Part shown: in pieces, positions 39,359-48,130 of the stretch | How the letters are laid out: each line of letters begins with the position of its first letter | Position numbering within the stretch: the stretch's first letter is position 1 | From: Candidatus Delongbacteria bacterium | GTDB lineage: Bacteria; CAIWAD01 | NCBI GenBank assembly: GCA_963663545.1 | Contig: OY760505.1 | Coordinates: forward strand, 32,001 to 96,000 | Direction of reading: 5' to 3' | Length of the DNA stretch: 64,000 bases | Position numbers and translations under genes: made by a program | The notes under the pieces: model-generated | Told to the model about the DNA's origin: nothing | What the model saw: only the letters and a program-made list of their open reading frames with translations | The model's database searches: none

Positions 39359-40614
39359 TCCAACCTGTACTCATCGCATTGGCCGCTTTGCTTGGTGTGC
39401 CGCTTTTCGCAATCATCGCCTGGATTGCGCTAAGTGCCTTTACCGTGGCCGAGATCGATCCCGCTGTAGTGTTAGTCGAGCTGTACAGGTTGGCCTCGCA
39501 ACCCGTGCTGGTAGCCATTCCGCTTTTCACCTTCGCCGGTTTCCTCATGGCCGAATCCGGTTTGCCCAGGCGCATGCTCAGGCTCTCGCGAGCGGCTCTC
39601 TCCTGGCTTCCCGGCGGTCTGGCGCAGATGGCGCTACTCACGTGCGCCTTTTTCACCGCTTTCACCGGTGCGAGCGGTGTCACGATTGTGGCAATGGGCG
39701 GCCTGCTCTTTCCCGTGTTACTCAAAGAGCGCTATCCCGAACGCTACAGCTTGGGCTTGTTGACCTGCGGTGGGAGTTTGGGGCTGCTTTTCCCGCCCAG
39801 TCTTCCGTTGATTCTCTATGGACTCATTGCCGGCGTCAGCGTGGATCAGCTTTTTCGCGCCGGACTGCTGCCCGGTTTGCTGATTCTTGGAATTCTGGGA
39901 GCGCATGCAGCCTGGACTGCACGCAAGGCGGGAGTTGCGCGTCAGAGCTTTTCGCTGCAGGAGTTGCTGGGCGCCTTACGGGAAGCGCGCTGGGAACTGC
40001 CGCTTCCTGTTCTTGTGCTCTGGCTGATCTACGGCGGTGTTGTTACGGCGGCCGAGGCCGCTACGGTAACCGTCGTCTATCTGCTGATCGTTGAGGTCGT
40101 GATACATCGAGAACTTGGTCTGAAGGATCTGGTGCGCTTGACGCGCGAGAGCATGTCCATCGTGGGTGCCATCCTGGTGATTCTGGGCTGTGCGTTGGGG
40201 TTAACCAGCTATCTGGTGGATGCACAGGTGCCCCAGCACCTGCTCGAGTGGATTGCCGCCCACGTCGAAAGCCGACTGACTTTCCTGCTGCTGTTGAATC
40301 TTTTCCTGTTGGTGGTCGGCTGCATGATGGACATCTTCAGCGCAATCGTCGTCGTTGTACCGCTCATCGTCCCGTTGGCGGCCAAGTTTGGCGTGCATCC
40401 GGTGCATCTTGGCATCATCTTTCTGACGAATCTTGAGATTGGCTACATGACTCCCCCCGTGGGTCTGAATCTTTTCATCGCTGGCTTCCGCTTCAAGCGT
40501 TCGCTACTGAGCCTGTACCGGGCCAGCCTGGTCTTCTTATTGCTCTTGCTCTTGGCGCTTGCTTTGATTACGTACTGGCCGGGATTTTCATTGGGTTTGG
40601 GAGTCACTCCCTGA
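39355..40614 (+). CDS. dctM: TRAP transporter large permease
   Basis: AIPLFTFAG, GSLGLLFPPSLPLI, HPVHLGII, EIGYMTPPVGLNLF; GTG start overlapping the dctQ stop. Confidence 0.93.
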   Translation: MIQPVLIALAALLGVPLFAIIAWIALSAFTVAEIDPAVVLVELYRLASQPVLVAIPLFTFAGFLMAESGLPRRMLRLSRAALSWLPGGLAQMALLTCAFFTAFTGASGVTIVAMGGLLFPVLLKERYPERYSLGLLTCGGSLGLLFPPSLPLILYGLIAGVSVDQLFRAGLLPGLLILGILGAHAAWTARKAGVARQSFSLQELLGALREARWELPLPVLVLWLIYGGVVTAAEAATVTVVYLLIVEVVIHRELGLKDLVRLTRESMSIVGAILVILGCALGLTSYLVDAQVPQHLLEWIAAHVESRLTFLLLLNLFLLVVGCMMDIFSAIVVVVPLIVPLAAKFGVHPVHLGIIFLTNLEIGYMTPPVGLNLFIAGFRFKRSLLSLYRASLVFLLLLLLALALITYWPGFSLGLGVTP

Positions 40615-42185
40615 TGTTGCGACGATTTGTATGGGCGCTGTTGATCAGCCTTCCTCTGTTTGCCATCAGTGGCCCGATTCTGCCTGCGTTGCACAAGTGG
40701 TTGGCCGGGGATGTTGCCGGGAGTCTTGAGCTTCTTGAGCGGCAGCGTATGGTTAATCCACTGGCTGAACTGAACCTCCAGATCGCGCAGGTTCTGCTGC
40801 TGGAGCGCGAGTTGGGCTCGTACCCCTTTCTGGGCCAGTACGGTGCTTTGGCTGCGGGTACACTCCAGAACGAGCAACTCGCCGACAGTCTGCATTGGCT
40901 GAGTATGTGCATCGAGCGAGCTTCGGCACCGATGGCGGAAGCCCCGCGCAGCCTGGGGAAACTCTATCAGGCTCGTGCCCTACTGATGCGAGCTGATACC
41001 CTTCAGGCTCTGGATCTGCTGGAAGAGGCGATGCGCATCAACCCGCATCCGCAGACAATTTCGAATCCCCTGATGTTGGGCTGCTTGTGCTACAGCGATT
41101 GGCGCCGACTGGAAAATGTGACACAGCTCCAGAAGCGTGAGCGACCTGACAATCCGATGGTTTGGTACAGCCTTGCCGAACTGGCGATTCGTGAGGGCGC
41201 CAATGAGCGGGCGCTCGAACATCTGCAGACCAGCATCGACATCTATCCGCTTGAACGGGCCCTGCTGCGCGGCATTCGCCTTGCTGCCAGTATGCACAGG
41301 CAGCCACTCACTCTCGACTGGCTGCACTTGCTCCGTTATCGATACGGTCACACATGGAGCAATGCGCGGCTTCGGGAATTCTGTGATACACTGGAACTGC
41401 CCGGCCTCTTCGGCATGCTTGGGCCCGTGCCGGGCGGCAACAGGTGGCAACGCAAATATCCCCAGTTCTTTCCCGTAGGTCGCGAGTGGGTTTACAAAGC
41501 CAGGTATGGCATCATTCCGCTGGGGCAGCTGGTTGTCGGTGTTCGCGGACACGAAGTTGTCGAGCGAGACTCTACGCAGATTGAAGCCTATCGCGTGTAT
41601 TACAAAATCGACAGCAATCCGATCTATCGTCTACTGATCGACCTGCATGACACCTATGAAAGCCTTATTCCGGCACATTGTATGGCCAACCTCGAATTCA
41701 ACATCAACAGCGTGATTGCGGAAAGTCAGTACGAGCTCAACTACAAGTTCGACATTGAACGAGGCGGGCTGCGTATTCGCGGTTACAACCAGAGCGGCAT
41801 TTTGCTGGACGACGAGTATCAGATCGCCCGTGAGATGGTGGATGGATTGACGCTTCTGTTTGCTGGACGGCGACAGGTCGTCGAGCGCGAATTCGGGCCC
41901 GTGCTGACCATTGTGGACGAAGAACCTCACCGCACGGTAATCGAGGATGATGGTCGTGATTGGCAGCGGATAATGGGGCAGCGGCGCGCTGTGCGCAAAC
42001 TGCACGGAAGAGCGGACTACGACGGTCTGGCCGGATTGACGGGAGAGTTTTGGGGCGCGCTGAGTGACGACGAAGAGGCTTTGCCTTTGTACGCACGCTT
42101 TCAGATCGGTCTGGGCAAGATTACCCTTGAGCTGAGCGAAATCCGGGAGCAGGAAGCCAGCGTGGAAGGACCGCGTCGCCCCTGA
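40614..42185 (+). CDS. Exported TPR protein with a C-terminal DUF3108-like beta domain
   Basis: Signal peptide; TPR helices; GREWVYKARYGIIPLG...LSDDEEALPL...GKITLEL. Confidence 0.6.
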   Translation: MLRRFVWALLISLPLFAISGPILPALHKWLAGDVAGSLELLERQRMVNPLAELNLQIAQVLLLERELGSYPFLGQYGALAAGTLQNEQLADSLHWLSMCIERASAPMAEAPRSLGKLYQARALLMRADTLQALDLLEEAMRINPHPQTISNPLMLGCLCYSDWRRLENVTQLQKRERPDNPMVWYSLAELAIREGANERALEHLQTSIDIYPLERALLRGIRLAASMHRQPLTLDWLHLLRYRYGHTWSNARLREFCDTLELPGLFGMLGPVPGGNRWQRKYPQFFPVGREWVYKARYGIIPLGQLVVGVRGHEVVERDSTQIEAYRVYYKIDSNPIYRLLIDLHDTYESLIPAHCMANLEFNINSVIAESQYELNYKFDIERGGLRIRGYNQSGILLDDEYQIAREMVDGLTLLFAGRRQVVEREFGPVLTIVDEEPHRTVIEDDGRDWQRIMGQRRAVRKLHGRADYDGLAGLTGEFWGALSDDEEALPLYARFQIGLGKITLELSEIREQEASVEGPRRP

Positions 42186-42216
42186 CGCACACACCATTGT
42201 CGAACAGGAGAGTGTT

Positions 42217-42717
42217 GTGATACAAATGCACAATGGCCGCTTGATGAGCCTCGAGGAGGCCCTCCATTGGCGTCGGAACTTGGTCGTTGAGGGAAAGAGA
42301 CTCGTGTTCACAAACGGTGTGTTCGACCTTCTGCACGCTGGACACGTTGAGTACCTGTCCGATGCGCGTTCGCGCGGTGACGCACTGCTGCTCGGTTTGA
42401 ATAGCGACAACAGTGTCCGACGATTGAACAAGGGCCCTGAGCGTCCGCTGAATTCGCAGGAGGATCGTGCGCTGGTTTTGTGTGGACTTCGCGCCGTGGA
42501 TGCGGTAGTCCTCTTCGATGATGACACACCGCTGCAGCTGATACAGACGCTGGAGCCGGACGTGCTGGCCAAGGGCGCCGACTACCAGGTCGACGAAATT
42601 GTAGGCGCACGTGAAGTCTTGGCGCGAGGCGGCCGTATAGAGCGCATTCCGTTGCGTCCGGGAAGATCCACGACTTCGCTGGTGGAGCGCATCCGCAACT
42701 CGCTGGACAAGGGCTGA
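42217..42717 (+). CDS. rfaE2: D-glycero-beta-D-manno-heptose 1-phosphate adenylyltransferase (HldE domain II)
   Basis: FTNGVFDLLHAGHV, GLNSDNSVRRLNKGPERP, KGADY, STTSLV. Confidence 0.92.
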   Translation: MIQMHNGRLMSLEEALHWRRNLVVEGKRLVFTNGVFDLLHAGHVEYLSDARSRGDALLLGLNSDNSVRRLNKGPERPLNSQEDRALVLCGLRAVDAVVLFDDDTPLQLIQTLEPDVLAKGADYQVDEIVGAREVLARGGRIERIPLRPGRSTTSLVERIRNSLDKG

Positions 42718-42742
42718 TTTTCGTTTGATAAAGGAGCTGGCG

Positions 42743-43111
42743 ATGGCGCTGTTTCTGGGAAAGCAGGGGCGTGTGGCGATCAATACGGGCATCTTTGGTC
42801 AGCGACTTCAGGAGCTGCCCCCGACGGCCCTTCCCGTTGTCAGGCGAATGACCCTCGTTATTGCCCTTTTTGTTTTGATCGCTGCCAGTTTGCCGCATCA
42901 GATCTACTGGCGTGAGGAATATATCCTGATGCAGCAGAGCCCGGCATTGCTGCTGTTGCTGATTCTTATCTACGCGCTGGCATTAATACTGGTATACATG
43001 CTGACCTTGGTCCTGATTCGATGGGTTACCGGCCCATGGCGGAAGGTGAGCGACCCTGAAGGCTGGCGCCCTTTGCGCAAGTTGGCAGCCTTGAAGAAAT
43101 CAGGACAATAA
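42743..43111 (+). CDS. Hypothetical membrane protein
   Basis: AAGGAG RBS; two TM segments. Confidence 0.6.
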   Translation: MALFLGKQGRVAINTGIFGQRLQELPPTALPVVRRMTLVIALFVLIAASLPHQIYWREEYILMQQSPALLLLLILIYALALILVYMLTLVLIRWVTGPWRKVSDPEGWRPLRKLAALKKSGQ

Positions 43112-43144
43112 ACGAATTACGATCACCGTACATCAGGAGTGATC

Positions 43145-43693
43145 ATGGCCCGCGGAAAGGACTTGTCGGCACGCAGGAGCGCGTTGTATCACGCAGCTAG
43201 CGATAGCTTTCGCCTGCATGGATTTCAGCGCACTACGGTAGAAGATGTCTGTCGTCAGGCTGGAGTCTCCAAGGCCAGCTTTTATGAGTTGTTTGCCGAC
43301 AAGTACCAGTTGCTGATTCTGTTGGAGCAGCGACGACTGGCGGATGCATTGGCCGCGTGGAAACACAGTTCGGAGACTCTTTCGGCCTCGGGGTTGTTAA
43401 GCTGGTATGCTCGCTGGCTGGATGCTGACACCCTGTTGAAAGCGGCTCATGGCGTGACACAATCGCCTTCGCCGGGCTACGCTCTACGCACCGCGCGACA
43501 GCCTTTGGCGGAAGAGCTTGCCAAGTGGCTGTTGCAAGAGAGCGATTCCGCGCAAGTCGAATGGGTCTTGGACGCGGTTGAAGGGCGAGTTCTTCTACAC
43601 AGAGATAGACCCTGGATCTCCGCTGACGACGATTTCCTTCGCACTGTGATACATCGTCTGAAGAGTATCACACTCGAGAGTGAGCAGGACTGA
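43145..43693 (+). CDS. TetR/AcrR family transcriptional regulator
   Basis: GFQRTTVEDVCRQAGVSKASFYELFADK helix-turn-helix. Confidence 0.88.
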   Translation: MARGKDLSARRSALYHAASDSFRLHGFQRTTVEDVCRQAGVSKASFYELFADKYQLLILLEQRRLADALAAWKHSSETLSASGLLSWYARWLDADTLLKAAHGVTQSPSPGYALRTARQPLAEELAKWLLQESDSAQVEWVLDAVEGRVLLHRDRPWISADDDFLRTVIHRLKSITLESEQD

Positions 43694-44310
43694 TGTGCGG
43701 CAGATACACTTTTAGCGGTGTTACAGCAACGCTTGCGGAACGCATGGGAATCGAGATCCTTTCGGACTGGACTCCTTCCTACAACATTGCACCAGGTTCT
43801 CTTGCGCCGGTGATACACGACAATGCTGGTACTTTGTCATGCGAGCAGAAGCCGTGGGGTATTGCACAGGCTGGACGGGGTGCTCTGATCAACATTCGTA
43901 GTGAGGGTAGGATCTGGCGTAGTGGCGATGTTTACCCGTGTTTGATTCCTGCCGATGGCTTCTACGAGTGGGACCGAAGGGGAAAGCCCTGGTACTTCTA
44001 TCCGGCGGAGGGCAGCCTGCTAATGGCCGCATGTCTGAAGGACGATCGCTTTGGTATTCTAACTCGGGCCGCCGCTGACGAGGTGGGCACAGTGCATCAC
44101 AGGCAACCCGTCCTTTTCACCGGTGACACATGGCGAAGCTGGTTTGAGTCGTTGCGAAGACGGGAGCAGTTGATTGACCATGAGGAAGATCTGCCAGCAT
44201 TGCTATATCATCAGGTATCGGATCGTGTAAACCAGACGCGAGCCAATGATCCCGCGTTGTGCAGACCGGGCGGTCAAATCTCTTTATGGGGCTTGAATGA
44301 GTCAGAGTGA
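43693..44310 (+). CDS. SOS response-associated peptidase (SRAP/YedK/HMCES family)
   Basis: N-terminal MCGRY, YNIAP, CLIPADGFYEW, VHHRQPV. Confidence 0.9.
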   Translation: MCGRYTFSGVTATLAERMGIEILSDWTPSYNIAPGSLAPVIHDNAGTLSCEQKPWGIAQAGRGALINIRSEGRIWRSGDVYPCLIPADGFYEWDRRGKPWYFYPAEGSLLMAACLKDDRFGILTRAAADEVGTVHHRQPVLFTGDTWRSWFESLRRREQLIDHEEDLPALLYHQVSDRVNQTRANDPALCRPGGQISLWGLNESE

Positions 44311-44716
44311 GCGAACCGCTTCGTCGGTCGCCATCCGCGACTGGCAGCTCTTTTTGGGCAGATGTTTGTTGGCCATGTATTTTATGCATGCGGCAGCAGG
44401 TAAAGCGATGCACATGAGCGTGATACAGGCGCAGCTGCATCAGCGCGGAATGCCGTTTCTGCTGCCCCTAATCGTGTTTGCTGCGCTGGTTGAGGCCGTT
44501 GGTGCTGTTTCTCTTGTTCTAGGCTATTATCACGCTTTCACCGCGCGAGTACTCTTGATCTACACATTGCTGGCGGTGCTCCTTGTGCATTTCGTACCGG
44601 GAGAGCCCGTGCAGATGATGTTGGTGATGCGCGATTTGAGCTTGATGGGAGGTCTGCTTCTGGTGGCAGCAGGTGATACAGGGGCGCTAGCCCTGAAAAG
44701 GAGTCCTTTGGTTTGA
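44297..44716 (+). CDS. DoxX family membrane protein
   Basis: LGRCLLA..F...GK, RDLSLMGGLLLVAAGDTG. Confidence 0.8.
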   Translation: MSQSERTASSVAIRDWQLFLGRCLLAMYFMHAAAGKAMHMSVIQAQLHQRGMPFLLPLIVFAALVEAVGAVSLVLGYYHAFTARVLLIYTLLAVLLVHFVPGEPVQMMLVMRDLSLMGGLLLVAAGDTGALALKRSPLV

Positions 44717-45330
44717 AGTTGCAGAACTGGGTGCTGGCTCGTGGCTGCTATTGGGGCGTGGAAGCCCGTTTTGGTGTGATACCGGGTGTTGTGTCGACTG
44801 AAGTGGGGATGGCGTCTGGAACGCTGATCGAAAGCACTTCAACAGGAACCGAAAAGCCGGCAGAAGCCGTATGTATCACGCTCAATCCTGAGATAAGTCC
44901 AGTGAGTGAGTTGTTGGCTGTGTGGCACGAGGACCTGCCCGTTGAGTTGCCCGCGCCCGATGCGTGTTACAGAGCTGCCCTGTTCGTGCAGGATCACGAA
45001 CAGGAAGAAGTGGCCAGGGAGCTCATTGTCACTCTTCAGCAGGCACACTGCGGCCGCGAAATACACATCGATCTGTTGCAGCTTGAGAGTTTTCGACCTG
45101 CGCAAGAGCGGCATCAGAAATTTCTGTTGCGTCGTTTCTCTCATCTGTTAGTTGCGCTTGAGGCGGAGCATGGCCCGCGCGATAAGATCTTTGCCTCGCA
45201 GCTTGGAACACGGCTTAATGGTTTTCTTGCCGGGCATGGACGCTTTGAAGAGCTGCGTGATACACTTGACACACTAGCACTGGACGCGGAGATGAAGGAT
45301 TTCATTTACGGTCGTTGGTTTGACGCTTGA
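44713..45330 (+). CDS. msrA: Peptide methionine sulfoxide reductase MsrA-like protein (divergent)
   Basis: GCYWGVEARFG, YRAALF, FRPAQERHQKF. Confidence 0.7.
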   Translation: MKLQNWVLARGCYWGVEARFGVIPGVVSTEVGMASGTLIESTSTGTEKPAEAVCITLNPEISPVSELLAVWHEDLPVELPAPDACYRAALFVQDHEQEEVARELIVTLQQAHCGREIHIDLLQLESFRPAQERHQKFLLRRFSHLLVALEAEHGPRDKIFASQLGTRLNGFLAGHGRFEELRDTLDTLALDAEMKDFIYGRWFDA

Positions 45331-45360
45331 GAATCAGCCAAGAAGGAAGTGCATAGGCTC

Positions 45361-45990
45361 ATGCAAAACCAGTTCATCTCAGTCTTGAGCGAAGCCAATC
45401 CATGGTTGTTGGAGATTTTGCATACGCCTGGCCCGGCGCTAGCGCAAACCGCTGTCTATTTTGTTCTTGCCGGGCTTCTGTGCGGTGGACTGGTGAGTTG
45501 GTCGTTTGCGCATTATTACCCAGCGCATTTTGCTCTCAACAAGCTGGAGAAGCCTGGCTTCAGCTACTATTTCGCCCTCATCGTGCTCATGCTCGAGTTG
45601 ACCCGCACCCTGTTTGCCTTGTGGGCGCAACTTCCTTTAATGCACATGGAGCTGTGGGAGATGATGGCGCAATCAGCGCGCCCGTTCTGGCCTCTCGCGT
45701 TGTTAAAGGGTAGTCTGCTCTTTTACGGCATGCGCTTGAGCCTTGGCGCAGGATTGCTGACGGGGATGATAGGCCGCCGTCGTTGGGTGCGCACACTGGG
45801 ACTGATCTTTCTGTGTGTCACTTACCTGCAGTTCGCCTGGCAGGATTGGTCGCTATGTCAGTTTCTCGAACAGTACAACCGTGCCATTACCTGGAATTTC
45901 GAACTGATGAGTCACGTGTTGAATGCGGGCCTACTTGCTGGTCTTTGGCTGCTGTTGGCTCCCGACTCTTTCCGCAACTATCAGCGGTAG
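45361..45990 (+). CDS. Hypothetical integral membrane protein
   Basis: About five hydrophobic segments. Confidence 0.65.
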   Translation: MQNQFISVLSEANPWLLEILHTPGPALAQTAVYFVLAGLLCGGLVSWSFAHYYPAHFALNKLEKPGFSYYFALIVLMLELTRTLFALWAQLPLMHMELWEMMAQSARPFWPLALLKGSLLFYGMRLSLGAGLLTGMIGRRRWVRTLGLIFLCVTYLQFAWQDWSLCQFLEQYNRAITWNFELMSHVLNAGLLAGLWLLLAPDSFRNYQR

Positions 45991-47472
45991 AGGCGACTCC
46001 TGGTCCCGCTCGAGCAATCGCAGCAGGCAGTCGCGGAGTTCTGAGATATTGAAGGGCTTGCGTAGTGCGGCAGCGAATCCGTGTTTACGCCAGCTGCGCA
46101 TGATCCCGGCTGCCGCGTCGCCGCTAACCAGTAACACACGCACATCGGGCTGAATCTCTTGCAGTTGCGGTAGCAGTTCCTTGGCTCCGCTTCCCTTGGT
46201 GTGCAGATCGGCAACAACCAGCAGATAGCCCTTTCCCGCTTCGGAAGCCCGACGATAAAGTTCTACTGCACGTTCACCGTCGGCGGCGTGGTCTACCGCA
46301 TAGCCCATTCGCTGCAGCACTTGTGCCATCAGCCGTCGCACCAGTTCGTCGTCGTCCATTAGCAGAATGCGCCCACGCGCACTGGAGACACCGGTACTTC
46401 CTTCGGACTGCGGAAGGGCAAAGGTCCAGCGCAAGGAGGCTGCGTCGTGCAATTGAGCGTCCAATTCCGCGCCAAGATCGCGCGCTTGCTGCTGCAGTCG
46501 CTCGGGGCAATGCAGAACCGCAGATTGGCTACTGTTGCCGGTTTCCAGCCCGGGCAATCCATGAGTAATCTCAAGCTGAACCCAGTTGCTGTGCTCGGTA
46601 CTTGCCTGGACGCGCATGCGCAGAAGGCTTCCACGAGGGCAAATCTCGCGAATGTGTGCTCCCAGGCTACGCAACAGGTCCTGACGTCCGTCGCGCATAA
46701 CAGGCAGCACAAGGCCCGCTGGCAGTTGAAGTTGTTGCTCGTATTCCTGGAAGACCTGCGAGAGCAGCTCCACCATTCCGCCCACTCGTGTCACAGCGGA
46801 TTGCTCAAGTCCAAGTCGGATCTGCAGTAATCGAACTCCGGGGAACTCTTCGACCATTACACTGCCGGGAATGCGTTGTCCCGCGATGCTTGTGCACATC
46901 AGATTATGGCGCCCCGGGCCGGGAAGTTGATCGCGATCGAAGAGACTGTTTGCCAGCCGCATTTCATCATCCAACTGCCAGTCGGCGTACCCAAGTTGGA
47001 CCTGAAAAGCGCGATTCGCCAAGGAAGGCCCGTGCGAACGCAACAACAGCAACGGTGAGGGCATAAGGTTAATCAGGCTGCGCAACAGTTTTGGCGGAAA
47101 CTGCGCCAGGAGGGTCGCCCTGATTGTGGCGATTTGCAGGCTGCGCCACAGGACGGGCGCGGTTAGTTCCTCGAGCACAAGAAACTCGTTCGCGCCTGTT
47201 GAAATCATATCGCGCGCCTGTACCTGATCGAGCCCATCTCCCAGGATTAGAAGTGGAATGCCCGGCCAACGCTCGCGGATCGCTTCAACCAGTTCACGAC
47301 CATACGCATCCAGCAGGCGGTAGGCGCTCAGGATATGGGTTGGATGGGCGCTGGGGCGACAGTCGACTAGGGAAGAACTGGAATACAGATCGTAGGAATG
47401 GCCGCTTTCCCTCAGGAGTTGTTGAATATACCAGCGGTGGTTTTCGCTTGGATGTAGCAGAAGCAGCTTCAT
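45931..47472 (-). CDS. Receiver-domain protein (degenerate REC, PAS-like, kinase-like remnant, REC)
   Basis: C-terminal RILLMDDDELVRR...VVADL...LLVSG...KPF; atypical N-terminal receiver; no H-box seen. Confidence 0.75.
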   Translation of the reverse strand: MKLLLLHPSENHRWYIQQLLRESGHSYDLYSSSSLVDCRPSAHPTHILSAYRLLDAYGRELVEAIRERWPGIPLLILGDGLDQVQARDMISTGANEFLVLEELTAPVLWRSLQIATIRATLLAQFPPKLLRSLINLMPSPLLLLRSHGPSLANRAFQVQLGYADWQLDDEMRLANSLFDRDQLPGPGRHNLMCTSIAGQRIPGSVMVEEFPGVRLLQIRLGLEQSAVTRVGGMVELLSQVFQEYEQQLQLPAGLVLPVMRDGRQDLLRSLGAHIREICPRGSLLRMRVQASTEHSNWVQLEITHGLPGLETGNSSQSAVLHCPERLQQQARDLGAELDAQLHDAASLRWTFALPQSEGSTGVSSARGRILLMDDDELVRRLMAQVLQRMGYAVDHAADGERAVELYRRASEAGKGYLLVVADLHTKGSGAKELLPQLQEIQPDVRVLLVSGDAAAGIMRSWRKHGFAAALRKPFNISELRDCLLRLLERDQESPLPLIVAERVGSQQQPKTSK

Positions 47473-47903
47473 GGTGCACCCCCTGAGGTGAAGCTCAATT
47501 TGCAGACGGGCAACATTGTATAACACTGTTTCATAACCAAGGAAATTTGGAGACTGGTGAATTGAAAAACGGACAGTGCCCCTTTTCGGGGCACTGATTG
47601 CTGCTCAGGAGGAGGGTAGCAGCATTTTCGTCACACACAGCAAGACAGAAGTTGGGAAGACGTTGGCTACAGGTAGTATGGCAAGACCCGGGCCAGTTTG
47701 AATGCGGGGAGATACGGTTGTCTATATTGTGAATTAACAATTGGATGAATCAATAATACTTAACTGTTGACTGCTGGTTGATCTGAATGATGATTGTTCA
47801 AATGCCCCGAAGTGGCTCATGTGCTCGAGGGCAACCAGCGCTGGTGCCATGCGATATCTTTGGTACATTGACGCTCCGCCCGTGCGGAAAGTGGAGGAGA
47901 CAC

Positions 47904-48110
47904 ATGCTCGGTACCGTCAAACGCTTCGACGACAAGCATGGATACGGCTTTATCAGTTGCTTGGGAATTGAGCAGGATATCTTTGTTCACTATTCCCAGA
48001 TCAAAGTGAAGGGGCGCAAAGCGCTGCGTCCAGGGCAGGAGGTCAGCTTCACCCTGGTGCAGGGCGACCGTGGCCCGCAAGCCGAAAACGTGCGTGTTCT
48101 GGAAGAGTGA
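47904..48110 (+). CDS. Cold-shock domain protein
   Basis: GTVKRFDDKHGYGFI, DIFVHYSQI, GPQAENV; GGAGG RBS. Confidence 0.93.
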   Translation: MLGTVKRFDDKHGYGFISCLGIEQDIFVHYSQIKVKGRKALRPGQEVSFTLVQGDRGPQAENVRVLEE

Positions 48111-48130
48111 CATTCAATTGCGGAGAGACC

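Noticed and set aside
44713-45330. Selenocysteine MsrA
   Set aside because: The catalytic codon is TGC (Cys) and no in-frame TGA is needed.
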